A stretch of DNA of 64,000 nucleotides from Octopus vulgaris (taxonomy: Eukaryota): the NCBI GenBank assembly GCA_951406725.2, contig OX597826.1, positions 20,584,001-20,648,000 of the forward strand, read 5' to 3'. Position numbers and translations under genes: made by a program. The notes under the pieces are model-generated. The model was not told the origin of the DNA, searched no databases, and worked only from the letters and a program-made list of their open reading frames with translations. This document shows, piece after piece, positions 11,290 through 25,592 of this stretch; the first letter of the stretch is position 1, and every line of letters starts with the position of its first letter.

Positions 11290-13990
11290 TGCACCTCGTC
11301 CCGGGTTTTCCTGGGTCTACCTCTTCCACGGGTTTGCTAGGGATTGGCACTTTCTACCTTTCTGTTCTCGCCACATGACCATACCAGCGCAATCGTCTCT
11401 CTTGCACACCACAACTGATGCTTCTAGGTACAACATTTCCACGCTCTGTCGAGTAAGTACACTGACATTACACATCCATCGGAGCATACTGGCTTCATTC
11501 CTCATGAGCTTACGCATGTCCTCAGCAGTCACGGCCCATGTTTCACTGCCATGTAGCATGGCAGTTCGTACACATGCATCATACAGTCTGCCTTTTACTC
11601 TGAGCGAGAGGCCTTTAGTCACCAGCAGAGGTAAGAGCTAAACTTTGCCCAGGCTATTCTTATTCTAGCAGTTACACTCTCAGTGCACCCACCCCCACTG
11701 GAGGACTATGATAAATAGGAGGGGGCTGAGTCAACTGAACTTCTGGTGGACCCCAAGTGACTTCTGCAGATTCTTCTGGAGGTCAATGCTCCCGAGCATC
11801 TGCCACATAAACCTATCTTACCCAGTTAGCCTACCTTTGACATTGCTGCAGCCCTCTTATGTGTCCATAGCCACTGGGTACATCTTATCCCTAGTTTCTA
11901 CCTACACCTTTTGACTACAGATCGAGGGATCGGGGCCATCTATCCTGAAGACATTTGTGGATTGTCTACCTGTGTCTACTTATTAGTACTTTGGTACAGG
12001 TTGACTCTAATCTTCTGGCTCCTATTTCTCCTGCAGGTGCCTCCAGTTCTGATAGTGACTCAGCAATCAGTGGTCAGCTTTCTAGAGGCAGCTCCCAAAC
12101 CTGTCTTGAATTCCTCATCTAAATTGCTCTCTATGATAAATTAGGAGGGGGCTATGACCCTCTCCGTAACCTTCATGGTGGACCTGATCCAACCTTGATA
12201 CCTCTGTAATTCTTCTGTGTATCATGTTGCCAACCCTTACCTTACTTACGGCATCTCTGTAGCATGGCTTGCACAGCTGCTCACCAGTCATTCATTTATC
12301 CCTAGTTTCTCATTGTACCACCAGATGAGTTGACTATACGGGTGACTAGGCTTATAGCCGACACGAAAGCCAGGTAGATATCTTTGAGCTAGGTATTTCT
12401 CCTGCAGGTGCCTTACCAGGAATATGGGCATCAGTGGTGCTTTTCCCTGTCTCATCTAAACTAGCTCTCTCTCTAATTAGCCTTAGCTATGACCCTCTCC
12501 GTAACCTATCATTACCTCGGATCCAACAGCTTGATACCTCTGTTGGGTATCTAGGGCATTACCTTTATCCCTTTGTAGCAGTTCTAGTATGCTCAGCAAC
12601 CAGTCATCATAGTGACATCCTTCGTGTATCAAACCTGGTTGACTATACGGGTGACTCAGGTTATAGCCGCAAGTGAACCAGATCCATTTTGAGCACTTCT
12701 CTGCAGTAATTCACTGATGGGCCTGGGGCTCTCTTCATGCTTCTGTCTTAGCTACCACGGAACTATACCTCAAGTCTGGTCATCCTCTGTTGGGCTCAGA
12801 ACATTGGCAGACTCTCTTTATCCCATTCATTTTCTTTATTCAGCAACCTTTCATAGTGACATCTCCAAACCTGTCTCTTTGCATCCTCATTTCAGCGCTG
12901 TCATCCATGTGAACACACTTCTCTCCTACCATCACGATTCTCTCTCACACACTGTCCTTGCAAGCACGAAATACCTCTTTTGTCTAATAGCCCTCACGGC
13001 TCAGAACATTGGCAAACAGTGCTTCCACCACCTAAATAAACCTGTCTTAGCTTCTGGCTGTCTGATGGTACTTCCCTGCTACCATCCATTCTTCCAGATC
13101 CTGGTCCAAGCCTGTCTCTTTTGTCTAATAGCCCTGTCAATCTCACAGTTGTCTTCCACCACCATGTTACTCTGGGTCGAATGGTACTTTGCTCCATCCA
13201 CAGATCTGGTCAAAGTGGCTGTCAGCAGATTGTCCTCTAGAAATCTCTGTCTTCCACATTAAGTGAAGCTATATCCCCTTTCTATTTTAAGGCTTCGAGT
13301 AGTACCTCTAAATCTCTGTCCATTTGCAGGATCAAGCTTCCAGACCCTTCTCCTCCAAGCTGGTCTTCTTCTGGGCAACCATTTAGCTCTGATCCTGAAG
13401 TCGCTAACTACTAATCTATGTTGAGGAGTACACTCTTCGCCTGGAAAGGTTTTGGCATTTATAATCAGCCCTCTTTCCCTTTTTCTGGCAAGGATGTAGT
13501 CAATCTCGCTGGTGTGTCTGCCAGAACGGTAGGTGACTAGGTGAGAGGTGGGTTTCCTGAAGTTGGTATTGCAGACCATAAGGTCATTTGCATCGCAGAA
13601 CTCCAGCAGCCTGGTTCCCTCCTCATTACGAGAGCCAAAACCATGGACGCCATGGAAGCCCCCGACATGCCGTCCAACATGTCCATTGAAATCACCTGCC
13701 ACGAAGAGAAGGTCACTGTCATTTGTCAACGAGGTAGTCTGCAATAGGGTGTCATAGAATTGGTCTTTTTGTCCTTCGGTAGCCCTGGTTGAGGGGCATA
13801 TGCCGAGATGATGGTAGCTGTCCTATGGTGAAGGACTAATCTAATTTTAATTACTCTGTCACTTACTCTGACTACCTCGATTACCTTATCTACCTATTTC
13901 TCCGCAAGAAGTATACCCACGCCCCCGACCCCGTGAGTGTTCCCTGCCCAGAAAATCTTGTACCTGTGTTCCTTGCCTGTGAGTGTTCCT
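11290..13990 (-). mobile_element. RTE-clade LINE (APE endonuclease + RT C-terminus), degraded and internally scrambled
   Basis: ORF 13259-13744: AGDFNGHVG...RNEEGTRLLEFC...NTNF...IDYIL...QHRLVV (APE). ORF 11317-11622: KGRLYDACVRTAMLHGSETW...MLRWM (RTE C-terminus). Many stops and frameshifts. Confidence 0.9.
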
Positions 13991-14085
13991 GTGTGTGTAT
14001 ATATGTATATATATATGTGTGTATATATGTATATATATATATATGTGTGTGTATATGTATATATATACATATATATATATATATA

Positions 14086-14472
14086 TCTCTCTCTCTATAT
14101 AAACGGCAGTTTGTCTGTGCGTTTTCTGTGTGTCTGTTTTCTTGTACCCTCACTCTGACCACGGCTTTCAACCGATTCTGATGAAACTTGACACACACAT
14201 AGCCCAATGTCATAATTCAAAACTAACGCAGCGAAAATTTTGAAAAGTTCCCCCAGTTCTGAAAAAAATCGATAAATTCGACATGGGGTCGAGAATCAGA
14301 AACCCAAACCACAGACCGTCTAGGGGACGCAACTCCACCTTTTTTAACTCTCAAAAAAAATTTACCATCATTTTTTTTCCCATTTTTTTGCTATTTTTTG
14401 GCTATAACTCTCTAAAAATGCTTTATAGTTATTTCCCTTACAAACCTGAGCAACGCCGGGCGATACTGCTAG
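14086..14472 (+). mobile_element. Non-autonomous Helitron-like element
   Basis: 5' TC(TCT)ATATAAA start, internal CCGATTCTGATGAAACTTG motif, subterminal hairpin CCTGAGCAACGCCGGG (14445-14460), terminal CTAG (14469-14472) followed by T. Confidence 0.7.
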
Positions 14473-15100
14473 TATATTTATATATATATGTGTGTGTGTG
14501 TATATATGTATATATATATATATGTGTGTGTGTGTATATATGTATATATATATATATGTATATATATATATGTATATATATATGTATATATATATATGTA
14601 TATATATATGTATATGTAAATATATATGTATATATATATATGTATGTATGTATATGTATATATATATATATGTATATACATACATATATATATATATATA
14701 TGTATGTATGTATATATATATATATATGTATGTACGTATATATATATATGTATGTACGTATATATATATATATATTTGTATGTATATATATATATGTATG
14801 TATATATATATATGTATGTATGTATATGTATATATATGTATGTATATATATATATATATGTATGTATGTATGTATATGTATATATATGTATATATATATG
14901 TATATATATGTATATGTATATGTATGTATATATATATGTGTATATATATGTATGTATGTATATATATATATGTATATATATGTATGTATATATATATTTG
15001 TATATATATGTATGTATATATATATTTGTATATATATGTATGTATTTATATATATGTATGTATGTATATGTATGTATATATATATGTATGTATATATATA
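14473..15100. repeat. Long imperfect (TA)n/(TATG)n microsatellite
   Basis: Direct inspection; source of spurious YIYI ORFs. Confidence 0.95.
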
Positions 15101-15507
15101 GGCGCAGGAGTGGCTGTGTAGTAAGTAGCTTGCTAACCAGCCACATGGTTCCGTGCTCAGTCCCACTGCGTGGCATCTTGGGCAAGTGTCTTCTCTGCTA
15201 AAGCCCCGGGCCGACCAATGCCTTGTGAGTGGATTTGGTGAGACGGAAACTGAAAGAAGCCTGTCGTATATATGTATATATATATATATATGTGTGTGTC
15301 TGTGTTTGTCCCCCTAGCATTGCTTGACAACCAATGCTGGTGTGTTTACGTCCCCATCACTTAGCGGTTCGGCAAAAGAGACCGATAGAATAAGTACTGT
15401 GCTTACAAAGAATAAGTCCCAGGGTCGATTTGCTCGACTAAAGGCGGTGCTTCAGCATGGCCGCAGTCAAATGACTGAAACAAGTAAAAGAGTAAAGAGT
15501 AAAAGAG
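15101..15507 (+). mobile_element. tRNA-derived SINE family B (CORE-like head, internal microsatellite, LINE-like tail), full length
   Basis: GGCGCAGGAGTGGCTGTG head, GGCATCTTGGGCAAGTGTCTT CORE-like box, tail GCGGTGCTTCAGCATGGCCGCAGTCAAATGACTGAAAC + (AGTAAAAG)n; further copies at 35777, 44441, 46729, 51252 and 59632. Confidence 0.9.
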
Positions 15508-15543
15508 TATATATATGTATGTATATATATATATGTATGTATG

Positions 15544-15598
<55 letters not shown>

Positions 15599-15809
15599 GT
15601 ATATATATATGTATGTATATAAGTATGTATATATATATATGTATGTATGTATATATATGTATGTATGTATATATATATATGTATATATATATATGTATGT
15701 ATATATATATGTATATATATATATATATATAAAGAAACACTCATTATCACTATGGACTTTGTGTGGGCAGTCATCTAAAAGTTTTTGTTCATCATGATGC
15801 TGACATAAG

Positions 15810-15908
15810 TTCCTTGTCTTTCCTGATGAGAAGACGGCATAATGCACCCTTTATTCCTTCGGAATTAAGAATATGCAGTCTTCGAAACGTATGTCGAGAA
15901 TAAAGGAA
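15810..15908 (+). ncRNA. Type-I hammerhead ribozyme, apparently intact, extended stem II
   Basis: CTGATGA 15823-15829; stem II GAAGAC/GTCTTC + GCATA/TATGC + ATTCC/GGAAT; GAAAC 15884-15888; GTC triplet 15893-15895; stem I TTTC/GAGA + 3x3 internal loop + TTCCTT/AAGGAA. Confidence 0.8.
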
Positions 15909-16027
15909 TTTTGTTAAATCGTCGTTCCACTCCATTCTTTCATTTATCTATATATATGTATATACGTATGTATATATATATATATGTATGTATATGTGTA
16001 TGTATATATATATATGTATATATATAT

Positions 16028-16235
16028 GTTGTTAATCCAAACAAGAAATCACAAAGAAACACAACACGAGGACGTGGAACGAATATAGTATTATTGGACG
16101 CTCAGGAAAGAAGGAAAGAAGGAGGGTCTAACGTTTCAAGCGGAGCTCTTCGTCCGAAACATAGGAGAAGGAAAGACAGAGGAAAAAAATCGCCAACGGT
16201 ACACACGAGGTCACATTTTGAAGAAAGATGTTTTC
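16028..16235 (-). mobile_element. Penelope-type terminal repeat with degenerate hammerhead (16126-16160), runs into the assembly gap
   Basis: Minus strand GTTT-CGGACGA-A-GAGC-TCC-GCTT-GAAAC-GTTA-GAC; downstream TTCCTGAGCGTC shared with 9125-9295. Confidence 0.6.
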
Positions 16236-16335
16236 NNNNNNNNNNNNNNNNNNNNNNNNNNNNNNNNNNNNNNNNNNNNNNNNNNNNNNNNNNNNNNNNN
16301 NNNNNNNNNNNNNNNNNNNNNNNNNNNNNNNNNNN
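16236..16335. other. Assembly gap (100 N)
   Basis: N run. Confidence 1.
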
Positions 16336-18122
16336 TCCATTTCTTTTAGAGACACGTTGTCATCTGCCGGTATTGATACATCAATTAGAAAGCATTTTTT
16401 TTCTTCATGATCTCTGACAACTACATCTGGTCTGTTGGCCTTAATTTCTCTATCTGTGTGTATCGGCATATCCCAGAGTATGGTTGCTTTCTCGTTTTCT
16501 GTGACCTTTTCTGGTGTGTCTATACCATCTTTTTTCTGTTGTTATTCCATAATGTTGGCATAGCTTCTAGTGTATGTAGGTTCCAACTCTGTCATGTCTG
16601 TGAATATATTCCTTCTTAGCCAGGACTGGGCAGCCAGAGATAATATGATTTATTGTTTCTTGTCCATCTCCACATATTCTGCAGTTACTTGTTATATTTC
16701 TTTTCATTACATGTTTTTAGTAATTTTTGGCGGGGTGGCTTTGGTCTTGTGCTGCAATTAAAAATCCCTCTGTCTCTGCTTTGAGTCCTGAGCTTCTCAA
16801 CCATTGCTGGGATTTTTCTTTGTCTATTTCTTTTGCATTTAGTTTAGTCCAGTATTTACCATGAAGAGGCTTTTCTTGCCATCGTTTTATCATAGTTCTT
16901 TGCTGTTCTAGTTTTTGTTTGGATTTCATTTGTTTTATAGCTTTTGTTGTTTCTTCATCTTCTTCTTCTTCTTCATATTTGTTAGGTGGTATGATTTCTT
17001 GTTTGTATTTGTCAGCTTCCTTAAATACTGAGAACAGTTTTTTGTTTTGCTCGTGTTTTGCCGCTATTTGTATCAGTTTTCCTTCCTTCTGAAGTAGATA
17101 ATTTTGCAGTCCTATGGTGGTTATTTTATAGTAGTTTTCCAGCTGTATAAGGCCTCTACCACCATCTATACGTTGTATACATAGTCTTTCTATGTCAGAT
17201 TTTGGGTGATGCATCCTAGATCCTGTCATTATTTTTCTTGTTTTCCTATCTATTTTGGTCAGTTCATTTAGTGTCCAGTTAAGGATATTGTAGCTGTAAC
17301 TTATAACTGGGACAGCTAAAGTGTTAATACCAATTATCTTGTTTTTAGCATTGAGCTCTGTGTTTAGTATTGATCTAACTCGTCTATAATATTCTTTTTT
17401 TATTTTCCCTTTTATTTGTGTGTGTTGTGTCTTATCTAGTTCATGGATTCCTAAGTATTTGTAAGTTTGACTTTGGTCTAATTCTTTTATTTCATTGGTT
17501 TTATCTACTCTTAACTAGTTTTCCTCTTTTCAGGGTTACTTTGGCGCATTTTTCTAAGCCAAATTTCATATCTATTTCTTTGGTAAATCCATGAACTGTC
17601 TTTAATAGTGTTTCCAGCTGTTTGTCATTTGAAGCGTATAGTTTTAGGTCATCCATATATAAAAGGTGGCTGATCGTTTTGCCGTAACATTTATATCCGC
17701 ATCCAGTTCTATTTAGCATATCAGATAGAGGTGACAGTGCCAAGCAGAAAAGGAGTGGAGAGAGCGTGTCTCCCTGGAATATTCCTCTTCTAATGGGGAT
17801 GGCTTTGGTTTTCATGAGTCCCTCTTTTGTTTGGAGCTGTAGCACTATTTGCCATTTATTCATAGAGTGTCCTATGAATTTTATAATTGTTGGTGCTACT
17901 TTGTTAATGGCTAGTGTTTCGAGGATCCATGTGTGGGGGATGCTATCAAACGCCTTTTTGTAGTCGATCCAGGCCATACTGAGGCCTTTCTTCTTTCTGT
18001 GGCTGTCTTCAGTTATGGCTTTATTAATCATTAGTTGATCTTTACAGCCATATGAGCCTTTGCAGCATCCTTTCTGCTCTTCTGGAAACAGGTTGTTTTC
18101 GTCCTGGTGCTTGTTCAACCTT
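16336..18122 (-). mobile_element. R4/Dong-type RLE non-LTR retrotransposon, 5'-truncated and degraded
   Basis: ORF 17501-18247: EEQKGC..GCKDQL..WIDYKKAFDS..GIFQGDTLSP..LYMDDLK. ORF 16717-17229: GGRGL..LHGKY..ETEGFLIAAQDQ. ORF 16128-16469: NRPDVVV..LIDVSIP. The 5' end abuts the (TTA)n tract at 18123-18318. Confidence 0.92.
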
Positions 18123-18778
<656 letters not shown>

Positions 18779-18789
18779 AAAACGTATGT

Positions 18790-19290
18790 TGCTTCATGTT
18801 CAGAGTTCAAATGTCGCCGAGATCGACTTTGCCACTCATGCTTTAGAGGTTGATTAAAAAAGTACCAGTTAATCACTGGTGCCGATGTAATCGACTTAAC
18901 CCTTCTGAAATTGCTGGCCTTGATTCAAAATTTGAAACCATTATTATAATTATTATTAAGAATGCGACCTAAGGCGGCGAGTTAGCAGAATCGTTTGCAC
19001 ACCGGGTGAAAGGCACTTCGTCCGTCTTCATCTTCTGAGTTCAAATTCCACCAAGGTCGACTTTGACTTTCATCCTGTCGGGGTCAATAAAAAGTACCAT
19101 TTGAACACCGAGGTCGAGATAATCGACTTAGCTCCTCCCCACACCCTGCTGGCCTTGTGCCAAAATTTGAAACCATTAACCATTATTACGAAAGCGATCT
19201 GGCAGAATCTTTAGTGGCATTTCTTCCGGCTCTTTACGTTTAGAGTTCAAATCACACCTAAGTCAACATTACCTTTCATCCTTCCGGGAC
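18790..19290 (+). mobile_element. Three tandem SINE family A copies (~18790-18950, 18972-19180, 19190-19290)
   Basis: Repeated GAGTTCAAAT..GTCGACTTT..CATCC cores separated by short (TTA)n. Confidence 0.75.
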
Positions 19291-19756
19291 CGGATCTACC
19301 ACACTTCCTCTAATTGTTTTTTCATGTCTCTATATCAGTAATCGGTTCTATATAACACCGCCATTGTCTTTAGAATTTGTTCTTGTCATGTACCGTCCTT
19401 GTGGCAAATAAAATGCCATCCTTATCATATAAACAGGTAGAGGGCGCTTTGGTTGTTTTTGATGGGTTAAGTTTATTCCGTGAATTTAGGTGGAGCCCCC
19501 ACTCACCTCCATCAACAATGGTTCGAGATGGTTCCTCTCTATTGTAGACCTTGATGATATTTTATTGTTTTTAATCTGTATTTTCCCTTTGTTGTTGATT
19601 TTCCTTTCTACTTCCTTCATGTACCCACCCTTGCCATTCTGTTATATCTTTTTCTTGCACTGTACTCAGCATCTTGGGCACTTCTGCATCTCCTGTTCCT
19701 TATCCAACTACCTCCTTCCCTCCCTCCTTTCCTCCTCCGCCTCTTCCTCCTCCTTA

Positions 19757-20012
<256 letters not shown>

Positions 20013-21031
20013 CCAAAAGGAACTATAAATTGTAATGCTCTATTTTTGTATGTGAATATCAATGTTACCATTTCATAAAGAAACTGTTTCAGGACGTTTT
20101 CTCTCCAAGAGATTATAAGATAAAATAAAATAAAAAGACAAGATGAAATAGAAAGGAAAAAGTAAATTTATGTTTGGTCTGTATGAAAACATGAAACATA
20201 ATACAAGATACGTTTTCTTGCCCAGAGAAAAAAAATCTCAGTTTATTTCCACTGGACTTGCACAGCTGTGGGATTCTAAAGAACTCTTAGAAAACAAATG
20301 GTAAATCATAACAAATTGCGAAAAACACGAATAATGGTAAAATGTAAAAGGAAGCAAAGGTTTCGTGTACTTAATACAAGAGAAAAAATGGCAGATGCTT
20401 TAGAAGATATAAATAAACATCAACAGTAAATCCACGAACAACTATCAACTATCGTAGAATTTGTACTTGTTTTAATGTGAAGACGAATAAGTTGAAGGGC
20501 GAAATACTTGGAAGTATAGCATTCAATAAATATACGTATATATATATATATATATATATATATAATGATGTGTGTGTGTGTAAGTGTGTGTGTAAGTGTT
20601 GAATGTGTGGAGGTGTAAGCACGTCGGAATATATAGACGTCATATATACAATTTCTGCAATGATATTTGTTTTTGTCCGTGTTTATTTTATTTTCCATTT
20701 CATGCAGCCATTCTATGTCTGTCAGTCTATGTATGTATGTATGTATGTATGTATGTATGTATGTATGTATGTATGTATGTATGTATGTACGTATGTATAT
20801 ACGCGTGTATGTTGGTATGTCTGTCTGGTATGTATATATAAATGTATGCATGTGTATATATATATGTGTGTGTATATGTGTGTATGTGTATGTTTGTGTC
20901 TGTGTGCGCTTATGTGTGTATGTATGCATTTAACCATCCATTTACCTGAGTATATATCTTTCTATCTATGTCTACTTATCAATGCTTGTCTGTGTGTCTA
21001 CCCTCCTGTTTCTCTCTCGCAATCTCTCGCA

Positions 21032-21115
<84 letters not shown>

Positions 21116-22059
21116 GTGTTAAATATATATCCATATACATATGTGTGTGTGTATGATGTTCTGCCCCATTTTTTTGTCTGTTTTGAAATTTGAGTTGCCC
21201 TATTTTTCCTATGGTCACAAGACACCAGAAGCCTACTGATGTTGAATACCAGATCGATGGACCTACATTTAGGCCCCATGGAGCGGTAGTCAAAGTTTCA
21301 CCCCCCACCCACTGGGATCCACATAGCTCTGTGTTTCCAACTTCTCTGGGCCATAGCTTTTGCAGCTTATTTTGTTTGCTGCATTAACAATGTTAATTTT
21401 CTATATTATTTGAAAAATAATTGTGCAACTTTTTGTAAATATGAACCGGGTCCATCCGCCATCCAGGTCAATTTTGTGTTAATGGACCAATAACAACAGA
21501 ATAATCTATTGGCTCTTTTAATTAGTTGAATAATTTTGATTGGACAAAGACATCTTATTGCATCTCCAACGTTTATCAGGACATTTTTATCTCATCTGCG
21601 ATTTCTCAGTTTTATCCGAAAGATATTCAGTGAGTGATATTCGGGAGGTTTCGATCAACGAAATATTTCAATAAGCACCTTGTTCTAAATCTTCCTAGGA
21701 CAGTGATAACTATTGACGAATCAACGAACTTTTCTTGTATGTTGTTCTTCCAGAACCTTACTGACACACCAGTGCCGTCAAGAATTCGAACTCATGGAAC
21801 AGAAAATAAAAATTCATAATGCTCTTTTCAATGGGATATTCTTGGATTCTTTGTTTATCTGTGTACACTAGTTGCATTTTGGCTTCTACCACAAACACAG
21901 ACGAGAATTCAGCATTTTCTTTGCGCAGGTCAAACTTGAACATGGACACTTTTCATTCTTTCTTTTGCGTTTGGTTTCGAGTATATAAGATTTGAGTTCC
22001 AAAATATGTCTAAGAATGGTAAAGAACCATAACTGTATTTATTATCTTTATTCTTTTCT

Positions 22060-22262
22060 AAGGCGGCGAGCTAGCAGGATCGTTAGCACGCCGAACAAAA
22101 TGCTTAGCCGCATTTCGTTCGGCTTTACGTTCTAAGTTCAAATTCCGGCGAGGTCGATTTTGCCTTTCATCCCTTCGGGGTCGATAAAATAAATACCAGA
22201 TGATCACTGGGGTCAATTTATCCCCTCCCCCAAAATTGCTGGCCTTGTGCCAAAATTTGAGA
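22060..22262 (+). mobile_element. SINE family A
   Basis: AAGGCGGCGAGCTAGCAGGATCGTTAGCACGCC...GGGGTCGATAAAATAAATACCAG...GGCCTTGTGCCAAAATTTGA. Confidence 0.85.
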
Positions 22263-22986
22263 TCAATATCGTAAGCATTTCTTTCCAATCTTTTCTTCTG
22301 CAATCCCATAGCAGTTTATTCAGTTTTGAAAAATTTTCTTCCAAATCGTCTGCACAGAGAAACACTACTCAAAATCTTCGAATAAAATAATTCGGTGGTC
22401 AAACACCAAGGAATCATGAGAGATAATTCTATTATATTCTTTATCTTTGTACTTTGTGTTCCATGTAAAACCTCTCTAAGTTTATATTAATCCATCCAGT
22501 AGTGGTGGTCAAACAAGACAAATTTCCAAAGAATTCTTCAGAGCTGATAATTTATCAGTAAAATATTTCCTGGCCTCCAAGCAATGGCTCCTATGAGGTT
22601 TCTAAAAACATTCGTCTTTTGGAATATGTTTCTCTCCAAAATATGGTTTTCAACTAAAAAGTAATGACTTACAAAGCCGAATTATTTCGAAGCTGTTATC
22701 GTCTGCCTAAACAATAAGATTATAACGATTACTATTAATAGTATATTTATATCACACAAGATGTAGAACAAATCTAATTTTTAGCAAAAATAAAATTCAT
22801 GTTTATGAGAATTTGCATAATTATTTTTTAAAATTCAACTTTATGACTATTCTATAATACATTAAAAGGTAACTTTTTTCTTCAATAAAAATTGGTCGTA
22901 TTTCGAAAACAGCTATCAAAAGAATTTAATGTTATTTTGTAAAGGCACACACACACACACACACACAAGACAATATGTGTTTGTGC

Positions 22987-23037
<51 letters not shown>

Positions 23038-23255
23038 CATATATATATTCATATGCGTGTTTATGTATATATATATATATATGAATGCATTGTATATCTA
23101 TATGCATACATATGTATATGTTTGTTTGTGCATGTTTGTGATGGATGTATATAAAAGTATGCAGATAAATGATGTACATGCGTGTGAATGTATAACTATC
23201 TACTTATCTATCTATTTATCTATTTGTATACATATATATGTATATATTTCCATAC

Positions 23256-23305
<50 letters not shown>

Positions 23306-24411
23306 ATAAGTATGTTTGTGTGCGTGTGTGTGTGTATGTTGATATATATATATATATATGTGAATGGGCGTAAGTTGTTTTTGCGTTAATTCCGTTCTAC
23401 GTATTTCATTAATGAAAATGTTATTCAACGTATATCCTCATATCATCAAATCCTCAGAGTTTTGATGTTTTAGTTTGATTTTTGAGTAATACTTTACCTA
23501 ACAAGAATTTTCATTACCGAACACCTACAAAAAGGTATTAAATGAACGTAAATACTTATTTCCGTTACTCTTTACACACACACACACACACACATATTTG
23601 ACTTCCGCCGATGCTCCGTCTTTCAAATTCTATAAAGATAGCCACAGACTCTTTCATGAAGTAATAGCGACATGCTTCTCGCCATAATTAGAATATATTA
23701 GAAGGTTTAAAAGCTCTCCTGTCATCTCTTATCTCGAATTAATGTCGAATTTATGAACTATACTCTTTAAAATTTCCCAATCAACTTCTAAGTATTTGAT
23801 GAGAGAGAAAATAATCCTTAATATGAAGGCTTCTGAAATAGGACTCACGTTTTAAAGAGTCGCGTAGAATTGATTAAACTGACCCAAGTAGACAACTGGT
23901 ATTTTATCATATTTGGAATACAATGTTGATCCTGGCGGGACCTGAACAATGACAAGAGTCGCAACTAAATACCGTGAGGTATAACGACATCACTAAGGAT
24001 GTCGGCAGGAAGAACCATTTTGAGTGATGACCGAATAGCTTTCAGGAATTGTCCCATTTCTTTGCATTCTGGGTTCCAATTCCATCAAGTTTACCCTTGA
24101 CTTTCATCCTTTGGGAATCGTTGAATAAGACACCGACCCTGGACAGTGGTAGGTGGAAGATGAGAAAAGAATGATCCTGCTCTCGCTTTCTCTCTCTTTC
24201 TTTCTCTCCCGCCTCTCTCTCTCTCTCTCAGAATAGGTTACACTGCACTGTGAAAGGATCATGAGGACCATCATGTGACCATCGGTGAATCCTAGGACCG
24301 GATTTACCCAGAAGTAGCGTCTTTTACAGCACCGAACACCTTGAGAGAAGAAGACCAGAGACGACTTAAATGTAAAATTATCGAAACTTAGAATGGTTCT
24401 TTAATATAACT

Positions 24412-24565
24412 GATTTCAAATTTTGGCACAAGGCCAACAGTTTCAGGGGAGGGGACAAACTGATTTCATCGATCCCAGTTATCAACTGGTAATAATTCCA
24501 TCGACCCAGAAAGAATGAAACGCAAAATCGACCTCTGTGGAATTTCAACTCAGAACGTCAAGACG
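24412..24565 (-). mobile_element. SINE family A, partial
   Basis: TTTCAAATTTTGGCACAAGGCC...ATCGACCC..AACTCAGAACG. Confidence 0.7.
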
Positions 24566-24796
24566 TAATTGATAAAATATATTCTATATCTCACCAGAGA
24601 ATTTTCGATGGTTTTTGGAACCAACGAGGAACCTTTGGATGGTGAATCGATCTGAGGAGAAACAGCAGCCAAACCTTTCTCAAATTATAATTTATCATCT
24701 TTAAAAAAAGAAGGACACGTTGACTGATGAACTTCTGGTGAAGCTATGTCTGGTTACTGCTGGAAGACGTCAAGTTAAACAATAAACGATTATGAA

Positions 24797-25000
24797 GATG
24801 GTGAGCTGGTAGAATAGTTATCATCGCGCCGGACAAAATGTTTAGCGTCATTTCTTCCGCTCTACTTCCGAGTTCAAATTCCACCGAGGTAGACTTTGCT
24901 TTTCGTCCTTTCGAGGTCGATAAAATAAATACCAGTTAAGCACTGGGGTCGATGTAATTCAGCCGAAGTTGCTAGCTTTGTGTCAAAAATGGAAATCCTT
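24797..25000 (+). mobile_element. SINE family A
   Basis: GGTGAGCTGGTAGAA..GAGTTCAAATTCCACCGAGGTAGACTTTG..GGTCGATAAAATAAATACCAG. Confidence 0.8.
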
Positions 25001-25544
25001 ATTGTTGTCGTTGACTGCTTCAATATCTCAGCCCCCCCCCGCGCTCCTCCACCACCACCAGCAGCCTTTTCAACTTTCTCTCCATTTTTCGCAGGTTTCA
25101 TCAACTCGTGATTTCTACACGCCATTTATTTCCAATCTTCCCACCAACACCAGAAGTATTTGCAGAGATTTAAACATTGCCAAAATACAGAAAAATCTAT
25201 AAAATGTTGTGGAATTCTTTTGAAAGTTGTTTTAGAAATTCGACCGATTTTTATTGGAGGAAAAAGTTCTTCTTTTATTCTGCCATCCAACTCCGATATT
25301 TTACAAAAACATTAAATGTTGCTTCCACTCGCGGTGCCGTACATACATACTTACATTTAAATATATGTGTATAATTGTGTTTGTATATGTATATAATTAC
25401 ACGCATGCAATATATGTGTATATGAGCATACATACACACATATATATAAGTAGATATATACCTTTGAATATATGCATATAGATTTATATATAGGAATATG
25501 TGTATGTCTACATATATATCTATATGTATATATTTATAAGTATA

Positions 25545-25592
<48 letters not shown>

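Noticed and set aside
14170-14195. CTGATGAAAC as a hammerhead core
   Set aside because: No stem II between the core halves; it is the Helitron-associated CCGATT..GAAACTT motif.
14283-15201. Long [12 protein letters not shown] ORFs here and throughout, and poly-I/L/Y/K/E ORFs at 48633-49689 and 53363-53807
   Set aside because: Translations of stop-free microsatellites, not genes.
21634-21819. piggyBac-like ITIDES motif
   Set aside because: A single short motif with no supporting domain or TTAA/TIR.
22540-22700. Tc1/mariner-like remnant (ISWPP...FVFW)
   Set aside because: Only a faint motif resemblance across frameshifts; needs a tBLASTn/HMM search.
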